The notes under the pieces are model-generated. The model saw only the letters and a program-made list of their open reading frames with translations. It was not told the origin of the DNA and did not search any database. This document shows positions 13,520 to 26,833 of a stretch of DNA of 64,000 nucleotides, one piece after another. Each line of letters opens with the position of its first letter. Position 1 is the stretch's first letter. The stretch is from Octopus sinensis (Eukaryota), in assembly GCF_006345805.1 (NCBI RefSeq), contig NC_043020.1, forward strand, positions 4,898,001 to 4,962,000. The letters run 5' to 3'. The translations under genes were made by a program, and so were the position numbers.

Positions 13520-14300
13520 CCACTACCACCACCACCACCACCACCACCACCACCACCATCACGGTCAACGCTACTACCGTCGTCGCCATCATGACCACCG
13601 ACACCGCCACGACCACCACCATCACCACAATTATCAGCACCACGGCAGGTGGTGAAGGTGGTGGTGGTGGGGGGGTATTAGTGCCACAGGTGACGAGGGT
13701 GGTGATGGTGATGGTAGTAGCCGTAGTAGTGATAGAATTGATGGTGATGGGGTAGCAGTGGTGGTGGTGGGGAGGCTCTGTTAGTAGTGACGATGGTGGT
13801 GGTGGTGATGGTGGTGGTAGTAGTGGTGGTGATGGTGGTGGTGGTGGTGGTAGCGGTGGTGGTGGTGATGGTGGTGGTGGTAATGGGGCTGCGTTAGCAG
13901 TGGCGATGGTGGTGGTAGTAGTGGTGGTGGTGATGGTGGTGGTGGTGGTGGTAGCGGTGGTGGTGGTGATGGTGGGTGGGTGGTAAGGGCCTGTATTAGT
14001 AGAAGGCGATGGTAGTGGTGGTGTAGTGGTGTGGTGGGTGTGGTGGGGTGGAAGTGGTGGTGGTGATGGTGGTGGTGGTAATGGGGCTGTATTAGTAGAA
14101 GGCGATGGTAGTGGTGGTGGTAGTGGTGGTGGTGGTGGTGGTGGTGGAAGTGGTGGTGGTGATGGTGGTGGTGGTAATGGGGCTGTGTTAGTAGAAGGCG
14201 ATGGTAGTCGTGGTGGTGGTGGTGGTGGTGGTGGTGGTAGTGGAAGTGGTGGTGGTGGTGGTGGTGGTAGTGGTGGTGGCTGCGGCGGCGGTGTGTGTGT
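13520..14300. repeat. (CCA)n/(GGT)n tracts with duplicated ggggctgtattagtagaaggcgatggtagt units
   Basis: Visible. Confidence 0.85.
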
Positions 14301-14817
14301 GTGGCTTACAGATATCTAGTTACATAGAGGGCACTGGATATTGGTCAACAAGAAGAAGTAGTGGAGGAGGAGGCAGAGGAGGAGGGGGGATGAAGAAGCA
14401 GGGGAGGAGGACAAAAAAGACGTGGAGAAGGGGGGGAAGGGGAGGGGGAGGGGGGAACAGGAGGTGTGGATGAATTTAAAACTAGGAAAGATATATGACA
14501 ATCAGAAAGAAACCTTATTTGCAACAATAACAGAAAAACGCCAAAAGCACACACACACACACAACACACCACATAATATACAGATACACATATGTAGACA
14601 CACGCACACACACAGATTCACGGCAATGGAGGGGGGCAGGAGAGGAAGAAATAAAGGCACATACACGCACATACGTATGCATGTACACGCATACGCAATA
14701 CACACTACCACATACACACACTCACATGTATCTACACTCGCATACATACGTACACACATATGCAGATACACACACGCATATATACAGTCAGACAGACAGA
14801 CATACAGATAGATAGAC

Positions 14818-14848
<31 letters not shown>

Positions 14849-14886
14849 CAGAGGCAGACAGTCAGATGTATATATATATATATATA

Positions 14887-15282
14887 TCTTTTTCTCTTTT
14901 ACTTGTTTCAGTCATTTGACTGCGGCCATGCTGGAGCACCGCCTTTAGTCGAGCAACTCGACCCCGGGACTTATTCTTTGTAAGCCCAGTACTTATTCTA
15001 TCGGTCGCTTTTGCCGAACCGCTATGTGACGGAGACGTAAACACACCAGCATCGGTTGTCAAGCAATGCTAGGGGGACGAACACACACACACAAACATAT
15101 ACACACACATACATATATATATACATATATACGACAGGCTTCTTCCAGTTTCCATCTACCAAATCCACTCACAATGCCTTGGTCGGTCTGAGGCTATAGC
15201 AGAAGACACCTGCCCAAGGTGCCACGCAGTGGGACTGAACCCGGAACCATGTGGTTGGTAAGCAAGCTACTTACCGCACAGC
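14887..15282 (-). mobile_element. SINE family A
   Basis: Matches 10402-10810. Confidence 0.9.
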
Positions 15283-15310
15283 ACCCTATAATACTATATA
15301 CATACATACT

Positions 15311-15353
<43 letters not shown>

Positions 15354-15429
15354 TAATATATATATATATATCTGTCTGTCTGCCTCTGTCTATATATGTA
15401 TACATATTATATAGAGAGAGAGAAAGAGA

Positions 15430-15486
15430 GACAGACAGACAGACAGACAGAAAGATAGATAGATAGCTAGCTAGCTAGATAGATAT

Positions 15487-15532
<46 letters not shown>

Positions 15533-15548
15533 GATAGATAGATAAGAA

Positions 15549-15587
<39 letters not shown>

Positions 15588-15631
15588 TATAGATAGATAT
15601 AGATAGATATATAGATAGATAGATGATAGAC

Positions 15632-15687
<56 letters not shown>

Positions 15688-15694
15688 GATAGAA

Positions 15695-15728
<34 letters not shown>

Positions 15729-15805
15729 GATAGATCGATAGAGGATAGATGGATAGATAATAGATAGATAGATAGATAGATAGATTAGATAGATAGAAAT
15801 AGATA
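15430..15805. repeat. (GATA)n tetranucleotide array
   Basis: Visible. Confidence 0.95.
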
Positions 15806-16012
15806 GATGCACAAAAATATGCATCCTTCAACTGGTAAAATCCATTGTTGGATAAGCTTGCCTATGAATCTTGTTTCGTGTACATATATATGTATGCCCG
15901 GATGTATGTATCTGTCGATGTATATACGTGTATATGTATGCATGTATGTGTGTTTGTATGTCAGTATCTTTGTGTGTCAGTTGGGGGAGGGGGTTATCTT
16001 TTTCTTGTACAG

Positions 16013-16026
16013 CCAATAGATGGCGC
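16013..16026 (+). promoter_or_regulatory. CTCF-like site overlapping a CCAAT box
   Basis: CCAATAGATGGCGC matches the CCASYAGRKGGCRS core at 13 of 14 positions; a single motif only. Confidence 0.3.
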
Positions 16027-16116
16027 TTGTTGCGTTTGTGCTTATACATGAATGGGAGGGCTACGCCGCTGGAACAGCCAATAAGTGAAACTTGATTCCG
16101 CTATATATACATGGTG

Positions 16117-16153
<37 letters not shown>

Positions 16154-16265
16154 CATGTGTGTGTGTAGTTATATATACATATACATACATATATATATAT
16201 GCATATATATACATATATATATATGCATATATATACATATATATATATTTGTGAGTACATGTATG

Positions 16266-16296
<31 letters not shown>

Positions 16297-16557
16297 CACA
16301 CACACCTTATATGTGTGTGTGTATGTGTGCGTGTATACATCCACGAATGGGAGGACTCGGTTGAGAGGACAACCAGTCATTGGACTGCTTGGATGATATG
16401 AGTTCGTGCGCATGCGTATGCGTGTGCGCGTGCGTGTTCTATGTATGTATGTATGAATGTATGTATGTATGAATGTATGTATTATGTTTGTGCTTAATTG
16501 TGTGAATGTGTCAGACAGAGTGTGAGACCGGTTGTGTATGTATGTGTATATATATAC

Positions 16558-16609
<52 letters not shown>

Positions 16610-17065
16610 CATACATATATATGTATGTATGTGTGATATATATATATTGTCATGGGTCTTGGGTGTAGGTAGGAGAGAGTGAGATAGTGGCAGTGAGAGA
16701 GAATGTGTTGGTGGCGGTGAGAGGAGGTCTTGGCAAAGTCAAGTCAGGCAACAAAAGCACTACAAGAAAAAAACACTAACTTCTTCCAAATGGCTGGCAG
16801 CTGTTGGCAAGTCAATATGTCTGACGTAATAAAAGGAGGGTGGGTGGGGGAGGGAGGAATATAAAGAGAGAGAGAGAGAGATAGGGAGGAGGAGGTGGGG
16901 GAGTAGGAAGGAGATATGGGACGTAGGAGTGGGGGAGAAGTAAGAGTGACGTCGCGGGTAGGGGAGGAAGAAGGAAATAGCGGAAGGTGACAAACAGATT
17001 GGGATAAAACATGATTGTCGAGAGGGGAGGAGGGAGATATGGTAGGAGGCAGAACAGTACTTGGG

Positions 17066-17106
<41 letters not shown>

Positions 17107-17112
<6 letters not shown>

Positions 17113-17376
17113 ACAATTGCAGCGTGGAAGGTGTTTATAAGCCATTTAGAAAACACCAAAAGCCGTTCGATTCACTTCAACATTTAAGTTTAATTTGTCA
17201 AAATATTTTCGTCGCTAAAATCCGCGACCTGTTCACTGACAAAGATGCAGCACGGACTTTGTCAGTGATTTTAGCGACGAAAATATTTTGACAAATAAAC
17301 TTAAATGTTGAAGTGAATCGAACGGCTTTTGTGTGTTTCTTAAATGGCTTATAAACACCTTCCACGCTGCAATTGT

Positions 17377-17382
<6 letters not shown>
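17107..17382. mobile_element. 276-bp fold-back (palindromic) element in (TA)n, Penelope-type terminus
   Basis: Arms cacacaacaattgcagcg... and ...cgctgcaattgttgtgtg are reverse complements; the right arm lacks 12 nt; (TA)n on both sides. Confidence 0.8.
17194..17243 (-). ncRNA. Candidate minimal type I hammerhead ribozyme, G3:C8 core variant
   Basis: UUUGUCA-GUGAACA-G-GUCGC(GGAUUUUA)GCGAC-GAA-AAUAUU-U-UGACAAA: 7-bp stem I, 5-bp stem II, palindromic stem III. Confidence 0.65.
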
Positions 17383-17422
<40 letters not shown>

Positions 17423-17518
17423 TACATAAACACACATGTGCATATACATTTATCTGCACACAAACACACAAACACAAACATATATGTATAAGTATGTATA
17501 TATGTATGTATACACATA

Positions 17519-18040
17519 GGCGCAGGAGTGGCTGCGTGGCGGACACTTGCTTCCCAACAACATTGTTCTAGGTTCAGTTCCGCTGCGTGACACTTCGGAC
17601 AAGTGTCCTTTACTATAGCCTCAGGACTACCAAAGCCTCGATAGTGAATTCGGTAGACGGAAACTGAAAGAAACCCGTCTTATGTGTGTGTGTGTGTATG
17701 TGTGTGTATGTGTGTGTTGTGTGTGCGTGTGCGTGTGTGTGTGCCACCCATCACCGCTTGATAACCGGTGTTGGTTATGTATGTATGCATGTATGTATTA
17801 TGTATGTATGTATGTATGTATATGTGCCTGTCTCCCCAACATCGCTTGAGAACCGATGCTGGTGTGTTTACGTCCCCTGTAACACTTAGTGTTTCGGCAA
17901 AAGAAACCGATAGAATAGAATAATTACAAGACATACAAAGAATGAGCCCTGAGGTCGATTTTCTTAACTAAAGGTGGTGCTCCAGCATAGCCGCAGTCAA
18001 ATGACTGAAAAAAAGGTAAAAGAATAAAAGAATAAAAGAA
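17519..18040 (+). mobile_element. SINE family A (diverged)
   Basis: ggcgcaggagtggctgcgtgg head and aagaataaaag tail. Confidence 0.85.
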
Positions 18041-18589
18041 CAAAAGAATGGAAGAATACTCACCACACAAAGAACGAAAATTCCACAAAATTCCGACCAA
18101 CGCGAAAACACGTTGAACCTAGTGATACTAAAAGAACTGAAAGAGATCTCCTCCAACCTCACAGTCTTGTCCAAGAAAATCGACGAGAAACAGGCCTGCA
18201 CTAAGGAAACGCTGGAAGAAGGAAGAAAAACGGAAGAAACGGCAGTTAGCCAAACTCTCAGACAGTTATGGAAAACTTTGGAAACGGCGATGCTCCAGAA
18301 GCCGGAACAAAATCCAAAAACTGAACGAGACGATAACATCAACCTGCAACGAGGAACCTCTGCAATAGAAAACACTATTAAACACGTACGGGACCAAAAC
18401 CTCATAACCTGTAAATTTGCCTTTTGGAACTTTATTGCAAATAATGGTAAAGCGGAAATATACGAAGAATGGCACAACTCAACATCGATCAACCTCCCAA
18501 AGAAACTACGAATAGAACCCATCGCTAATGAACCCGAACAAGAAGAAAAACTTAGAGAAAAGATGGTTCTTGATAAATTCAGAATGGAA

Positions 18590-18977
18590 GTAGCTTGCTA
18601 ACCAACCACGTGGTTCCGGGTTCAGTCCCACTGCGTGGCATCTTGGGCAAGTGTCTTCTGTTATAGCCCCGGGCCGACCAATGCCTTGTGAGTGGATTTG
18701 GTAGACGGAAACTGAAAGAAGCCTGTCGTATATATGTATATATTTATATGTATGTGTGTGTTTTGTGTGTCTGTGTTTGTCCCCCTAGCATTGCTTAACA
18801 AGCGATGCTGGTGTGTTTATGTCCCCGTCACTTAGCGGTTCGGCAAAGGGACCGATAGTATAAGTGCTGGGCTTACAAAGAATAAGTCCCGGGGTTGATT
18901 TGCTCGACTAAAGGCGGTGCTCCAGCATGGCCGCATTCAAATGACTGAAACAAGTAAAAGAGTAAAAGAGTAAAGAG
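18590..18977 (+). mobile_element. SINE family A inserted in the Penelope ORF
   Basis: 5'-truncated head plus full tail; the host ORF resumes afterwards. Confidence 0.9.
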
Positions 18978-19410
18978 ATTATGGCTAAGAGCAAATTCCA
19001 GTGAAGACAAATTTAAAACAATTGACGTGAAAATAGAAACAAATTTCAAAAACATCCGAGAAAACTATATTAAACTTTGAAGAGAAAATGCGAAAACGAG
19101 GAATTAACAGTGTTCTTTGGTTCTCTTTGAGAAGTACTATTTGGGTTTTCTAATTATGAGTCTCATTTTAAAAACGAGTGATCTACCGATAACGCATTCC
19201 TGAAGAAAGTTAGAATCCACAAACCCCATTCGCAACCAATTAATCAAACACCTAAATATGGAAATTATATTTCCCAATTTCATAAAGACAATTCAAGATT
19301 ACTTTGGCATCAAAAAATTCCAACTAAAAGAATCGAAGTTTTCCCTACGACTAGACCAAACTTTCTGCGAAACCGGAAACATACACAACGGTTAAAATAT
19401 ACAGTCCTAT

Positions 19411-19484
19411 GTCCACGGGTATATGGCGTAGTGGTTAAGAGCGCCGGCTTCTAACCCCAAGATTCCGAGTTCGATTCCAGGTAG
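19411..19484 (+). mobile_element. tRNA-like SINE head (not a tRNA gene)
   Basis: A box tggcgtagtgg and B box gagttcgattcc, but no acceptor stem; its 3' part recurs at ~23910-23940. Confidence 0.65.
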
Positions 19485-19841
19485 AAGAAATTAATATTTG
19501 ATCAAAAGGCCTAAAATTTACCCTAACACCACAGCATCCAAACTCCAATGAAATACAGAACGATATTTCACGGTTCTGTAGAAAACTACGCATAACAGAG
19601 GAATTGTACGATAAAGAAAACAGGGACCAACCAGTTGTAAGAAACAAGAGCGATTACAAGACAACGAAAAGTAAGATCAAAGCCTTTGATTTTATACCTG
19701 CCTTCCCTTACAAAGAACTTCCACACCTTAAAATCAAGCCCAATACCAATCGTAAGAAAAGCAATAACGACATTGTAATTAAAGAACCAGATAAGGGAAG
19801 TGCTATAGTTATTACGGATATTGGACACTACAAAAGAGATA

Positions 19842-20231
19842 TACTCTTTTACCTTGTTTCAGTCATTTGACTGCGGCCATGCTGGAGCACCGCCTTTAGT
19901 CGAGCAAATCGACCCCGGGACTTATTCTTTGTAAGCCCAGTACTTATTCTATCGGTCTCTTTTGCCGAACCGCTAAGTGACGGGGACATGAACACACCAG
20001 TATCGGTTGTCAAGCAATGCTTGGGGGACAAACACAAACATACACGCACACACATATATACATATATACGACAGGCTTCTTTCAGTTTCCGTCTACCAAA
20101 TCCACTCACAAGGCTTTGGTCGGCCCGAGGCTATAGCAGAAGACACTTGCCCAAGGTGCCACGCAGTGGGATTGAACCCGGAACCATGTGGTTGGTAAAC
20201 AAGCTACTTACCACAAAGCCACTCCTGCGCC
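19842..20231 (-). mobile_element. SINE family A inserted in the Penelope ORF
   Basis: Full-length copy. Confidence 0.9.
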
Positions 20232-22515
20232 TTTGTAATATACTATCTATATTACAAGATATGACCCACTACGAAAAGGTAAATAATTACTAAAAATCAA
20301 AGAAAATTACAAAACTGAACACAGAGACATCCAAAAGGTTGAACAAACACAGAATGTGACTACCTAACCCATTTTGATTGCATGGCCAGCTACTTCTACG
20401 GTCTCCCAAATATCCATAAGAATCAACCTATTAAGAATGCATGTAATGAACCAACTTCAAGTTGCATAAAGATACAATATCCCACCGACCTTAAATGTAG
20501 CCCAATCGTAGCTGGCCCGAACTGTGAAACACACAGAATCAGAAACTTCTTAGATATATTACTGAAACCTATTTTAAATTGCATACCAAGTCTTGTAAGA
20601 GACGACCTGGACTTGTTAAATCACTTCCCGAAATCCATAACCACTACTGCATTTTTTGATGAGGTAAACCTCTATACCACAATCCCTCACCAATATGGAC
20701 AAGAGGCAATAAATTTCTGGCTTGAAAAATTCCCTCATGAAATTCCAGACAGAATTTAAAAGAGTTTCATCACTGAAGAATTTAACTTTATTCTCGAAAA
20801 CAAATTTTTTGACTTCGATGGCAATGTTTATGGAACAGCGATGGGAACAAAAGTTGCCCCGACGTAAGCCAATCTAGTCTTTGCATACATCGAAGTTCAG
20901 ATATATGAACAATCTAAATTAAAATATGGCTTGAACTTCTACAAATATCCACTAGAAACTGGAAACGTTACCTAGATGACTGTCTAATCTTGTGGACGAA
21001 CACATTTGAACAATTGATAGATTTTAAAAACCTAATCAACAGCATAAACAACAATATCAACCTTACCATGGAATACAGTAAAATTTAACTACCATTCCTG
21101 GATATACTAATCATCAAGAGAGATAAAAACATTGTAACAGACATTCACTACAAACAGATTCTAAATAGTACCTATTGTTCCCCTCATACCATCCCAAACA
21201 CACGAAGAATAATATTCCCTTTAATCTAGCAAAAAGAATCTGTACAATTGTCTCAAACCCTGAAACTTGCAATAAAAAACTCCAGAAACTAAAACAAATA
21301 CCACTTAAGAGACGATAGCCATTAATATTAATAGGCAACGGAGTAGAACGTGCCAAAGCAATAAATATCCAAGAACTTCGAAAAATGCTCCAGATACATC
21401 CAATAATCTACCCTTTATAATACCACACAACCCATGAAACACAAAGGTTTACAATATTTTTCCACCAGAACATCCCACAACTAAGACAAGACCCAAAATT
21501 GAAAAAAGCATTCGAAATATACAAAAAAGATCAAAAGTAAAAGATAATCAAAGTTCCTCAAAAAATTCCTCGGAAGCGCTAAATTACCTTCCGCAGTTCC
21601 CACACCAACAGTCAAAGAGTGTGACCGCCCCAACTGCGGGACTTTCATCAATCTTATTGAAAACATAACATAAAATTCAAATCAGAAGAGCTTTTTACCG
21701 TAAAAATCATTTTACATGTTCTTCAATGTATTAAATATATAATATGAAATGTCAAGAATGTAATGATGGTTACATAGGTCAAACAAAGCTTACTCTACGA
21801 AATAGACTGACCATTCATCGACAACAAATACGAGACTCCAATACTAGACAGATTCAACTGAATGTACACATAGACATATGTGCAAAAGAATAAGTCCTTT
21901 AAATTCCGGGTCTACCCACCCTACTTATGTTCAGTGAATACCACCTATGAAGCACGGATAAACAATGAAAATACTTTCATAAAAAATACAAATTAAAACT
22001 TAACAAACTTTAACAGAGTAGATACACACATAACAATTTACACACGAAACTCATTCTGCCACTTGACATGAGGAACCAACACAGCTAAAAACCTAAACTT
22101 TAGCCACTAGACTACATACAAACGACTCCTGTCAACTCTCCCTCCAGGACGATTGAATTTAGAGTGCCTTGATTAGAACTAAACATGTTCACTCCACCGT
22201 GTCGGCCTTTATTTTAGACGCAAAATATACTGTAACGTGACACTAACGCACGGACGTAGCGGGAAACGTACAGAAGCTTCTAAACTTAATCACGTGTTCA
22301 TTCTCTACAAACACTTGACAGAAAACATTCAGAGCATTGATTGTTTGGTAGTTACTAGACATTTTCAGTCAACCGTGTAAGCCTTAACTTACGATGCCCA
22401 AAGTTGTAACTTGATACTAACACACGGCCGTAGCGGGGAACTTACAAAAATATCTAAGTCCAGTCATGTGACTAATCTCTACCAATCAAATCCGATTCAA
22501 AACGCATTGTGAACT

Positions 22516-22586
<71 letters not shown>

Positions 22587-22669
22587 ATATATATATATAT
22601 ACATACATACATACATAATACATATACATACATACATGCATATATATATACACACATATATATATTACC

Positions 22670-22932
22670 GTGATCACCGTGGCCGACCAGGCTACACATC
22701 GCTGGTCACGATGCTCTTCGCATTGTTTTAGCCGTCAAATGACGCCACCCCGCTGGCTAAGCGAGCAGGCCAACAGAAGAAAGAGTGAGAGAAAGTTGTG
22801 ACGAAAGGTACAGCAGGGATCGCCACCACGCCCTGCCGGTGACTTTAGGTGTTTCCACTCAATAAACACTCACAACGCCCGGTCTGGGAATCGAAACTGC
22901 GATCCTACGACCGCGAGTCCGCTGCCCTAACA
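22670..22932 (-). mobile_element. SINE family C-related copy
   Basis: tRNA-like head (revcomp of gggaatcgaaactgcgatcc); body shared with 39900-40188 and 41360-41480. Confidence 0.7.
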
Positions 22933-23069
22933 TGAGACCATGTTTCTTCTTTTGAGTATTCTACCAATGCCGGAGTACCTCAAGGTTCTATTTTTGGTCC
23001 AGCTCTATTTCTCCTCAACGATCTTCCTTACCAATGCTCTTCAAGTCATTAGCATTTCTCATTACCTGT

Positions 23070-23745
23070 AAGGTGGCGAGTTGGCAGAAACGTTAGCACG
23101 CCAGGCGAAATGCTTAGCGGTCTTTCTTCTCTCTTTATCTTCTGAGTTCAAATTCCGCCGAGGTCGACTTTGCCTTTCATCCTTTCGGGGTCGATAAATG
23201 AAGTATCGTTTGCGTTCTGGGATTGGTCTAATCGAATGGCCCCCTCCCCAAATATTTCGAGCCTCGTGCCAAGAGTAGAAAAAATTATATAATACCTATT
23301 TCTTTACTACCCACAAGGGGCTAAACACAGAGAGGACAAACAAAGACAGACAAACAGATTAAGTCGATTATATCGATCCCAGTACGTAACTGGTACTTAT
23401 TTAATCGACCCCGAAAGGATGAAAGGCAAAATCGTCCTCGGCGGAATTTGAAGGTATCGGCAGACGAAATACCACTAAGGATTTCGCCCGGCGCGCTAAC
23501 GTTCTCGCCGCCTTAATTATAATAATACCTAAAGCTCATGAAGTGGCGAGCTGGCAGAAACGTAAGCACGCCAGGCGAAATGCTTAGCGGTATTTCGTCT
23601 CTCTTTACGTTTTGAGTTCAAATTCCGCCGAGGTCGACTTGTCTTCCATCATTTCGTACCAGTTTCGTACTGGGGGTCAATCTAATCCATTGGCCCCCTC
23701 ACCCAAAATTTCGGGCCTTGTGTCTAGGGTAGAAAACAATATTTC
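23070..23745. mobile_element. Three SINE B copies in +/-/+ orientation
   Basis: Heads at ~23072 (+), ~23515 (-) and ~23543 (+). Confidence 0.85.
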
Positions 23746-23767
23746 TTATTACCTGTACTCTACAGTT

Positions 23768-23939
23768 CTATATTTAAGAGATGAGGAATTATGTACATTA
23801 TTTACAATTGACGGATATTTGTCCTCATCTTCTTTGTTGTTAACACAACGTTTTGGCTGATATACCCTCCAGCCTTTAACAGGTGTCTTGGGGGAAACTT
23901 CGAACCTGAATTCCGAGTTCGATTCCAGACAGTGACCTA

Positions 23940-24007
<68 letters not shown>

Positions 24008-24196
24008 CAACAACAACAACAACAACAACATCGAAATATACCTTAGGAATGAGAACCCAGGTTCGAAATTTCCCTAAGACACCTGATGAAGGCTGGAGGG
24101 TATATTTACCGAAAATTGTGTTAACAACAAACAAGATGAGGACAAATATCCGTCAATTGTAAATAATGTACATAATTCCTCATCTCTTAAATATAG
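23768..24196. mobile_element. Inverted pair of Penelope-type termini with degenerate hammerheads, separated by a SINE end and (AAT)n(AAC)n
   Basis: ctatatttaagagatgagg... and ...cctcatctcttaaatatag are reverse complements; hammerhead remnants at 23842-23887 (-) and 24078-24122 (+). Confidence 0.8.
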
Positions 24197-25139
24197 GGTC
24201 AAAACTGATAACACAAACAGGACAGTGAAAACAAACAGGAAGGGCTGCTAAGCCTAAACGAGGTTGTGGTGGCGAACGCGTAAATCAAGCTTGGACAGGA
24301 GACAAACAAGAACACGTCTTCCTTGTTCCAGCTACAAGGGAGAGAAAGAAAGAGACACAAATTGGGAGAAGAAAGATGGCCGATTGTCACGTGGGAGCCA
24401 CATGAGCAAGGGAGGAGGAATGAGGGAGAGAGGGGGACAGAGTAATAGGAATGAATAGTGGGGGAAGAGTAGGTAAAAGAATAAGAGAGAGAAAAAGAGA
24501 AAGATATGCTAAAGATGTGGCAAGGCAATTTGACGTCTATCTTTAGCATATTAGGAATCCACTTTGGTGGTCATTCCTCTGATATTTGTATGTAATATAC
24601 ATGTGTATATATGTGCGTATGTGTATATGTGTGTATATATGTATGTATGTATGTATGTATATGCATATATCACTGTGACGAAACAGGGGCTGTGGGGGTG
24701 AAGGGAAACATTCCCCCCCAGTTCGTCGTAGGGTGACCGATTTGTTGCTGAGTAGACTAGAGCAAAGGCAAATGAAGAGTTTTGCCCAAGAACTCAACGT
24801 ATTGCCAAGGAATCGAAACCGTGATCTTCCGATCATGAGGGCGACACCCTACCTAGCCACTTGGCCATGCATCTTTACACACACATATTATTGGCACCAT
24901 AGGAATATATAAAGGGAAGGGCGAGCGTATTTCTGGGAATAGTGAAGCTCGAAGCACATAAATTTATAAATAATAGCATGTAAATATTTGAAAACAACTT
25001 TATGAATACAAAAAATCGAAGCAGCCCGTGGGACGCGAACCCCTGTCTTCTATACACACGATATGCCTTCATACGCACGGACACAAACGTATAAACACCC
25101 ATATATATGTGTGTATGTATTCATGTATATATTTGTATA

Positions 25140-25870
25140 AATGCGCTTGTATATATATATATATATATATGCATGTATGTGAGTATGTTTTATGTACGTT
25201 TGTAAGTACGTATGTAAGCACGTATGTATGTATGTATGTATGTATGTATGTATGTATGTATGTATGCATGTACGTACGTATGTATGCATGCATGTATGTA
25301 TGTATGTATGTATGTACGTATGTATCTATGTACGTATGCGCATATATTTATATATGTATGTTTGTACGTAAGCGCGTTTGTGTGTATCTACTTACGTGCG
25401 TGCGTATGTATGTTATGTATGTATGTATGTAGTATGTATGTACGTATGCATGTACGTATGTATCTATGTACGTAGTGCATATATATATGTATGTTTGTAC
25501 GTAAGCGCGTATGTGAGTATGTACGTACGTACGTACGTACGTACGTACGTGCGTATGTATGTATATATATGTATGTATGTAGTATGCATGTATGTATGTA
25601 TGTATGTAGGTATGTATGTATGCATGCATGTATGTATGTATGTATGTATGTATGCATGTATGTATGTATGTATGTATGTATGCATGCATGTATGTATTTA
25701 TGTATGTATGTATGCATGCATGTATGTATGTTTGTATGTATGTATGTATGTATGCATGTATGTGTGTATGTATGTATGTATGCATGCATGCATGTATGTA
25801 TGTATGTATGTATGTATGTATGTATGTACTTACGTACGTATGTATGTGTGTATGTATGTATGCATGTATG
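25140..25870. repeat. (TATG)n tetranucleotide array
   Basis: Visible. Confidence 0.95.
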
Positions 25871-26429
25871 TTTACACAACGTTTACAATTCTCGAGATGA
25901 GCCGGTTCGCTATTACAATTTTCCAGCCGTTTCGAAAGCTACGCGAGGCAGGTGATTCTCGGAACTCAAGCTTGATGTCAAGGAGTAACCAATTTCCCTC
26001 TAAGACAGCAATCAGTACGCCCTCCCCATCTTTCTCTCTCCCGCTCTCTCTCTCTCTCTCCCTCTGCTAATCCAATCCATGACCTCGCTATTATATGAAA
26101 TGAGGGTGATAAGCCTGTCATTTTTAGCATCTGCTTACACTTCCTAATTCTTTTAAAGGACGTATATGTAGGTTTCCGTCGGGTTTTCTATACTAAAGGG
26201 TTAACTCTTGCGAGGAAGCTTTGAAGCATCTGAAGTAGTTTTTCTTACAGCTATTTTCTATTTAATTAACAAACACGTGCGCGTATACGCGCGCAACGAC
26301 TCACACACGCTTCACGCACACACACACAGACCACACACACACACACACGAACACACACATGCACGCACACACAAACACACACACACGCACACACGCGCGC
26401 AATTAGACGAACTCATAAAAAGTTATATG

Positions 26430-26546
26430 TATGTAGATATATATGCCTGTGTATATATACATATATGCATATATATATCTGTTTATAATATATGCAATTA
26501 AACATCTATTATCTATTTATTTATATATATATATACATATATATAC

Positions 26547-26645
<99 letters not shown>

Positions 26646-26786
26646 TATACATATGCGTGCATGCGTTTACAGAAAATTAAGTGGAATAATTATTTATACA
26701 TATTTAACTGGTTTTTAACAATGATTATTTAAGATGTCTTTACACACCTTCCAAATTAACTTGGTATATATATATATATATATATA

Positions 26787-26833
<47 letters not shown>

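Larger units (their letters stand above)
18041..22516 (+). mobile_element. Decayed Penelope-like retroelement (RT + GIY-YIG endonuclease), interrupted by three SINE insertions
   Basis: Translated pieces KEPDKGSAIVI, FYGLPNIHK, FFDEVNLYTTIPH, GTAMGTKVAP, YLDDCLILW, YHPKHTKNNIPFNLAKRICTIVS, and CQECNDGYIGQTKLTLRNRLTIHRQQIRD near 21750-21840; many stops and frameshifts. Confidence 0.9.

Noticed and set aside
17107-17382. DNA-transposon MITE interpretation (CAC...GTG ends, TA flanks)
   Set aside because: Not excluded, but the asymmetric centre, the embedded hammerhead fold and the shared polarity with two other palindromes favour an inverted Penelope-type terminus.
19411-19484. Possible tRNA gene
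   Set aside because: A and B boxes are present but there is no acceptor stem; it is a SINE head.
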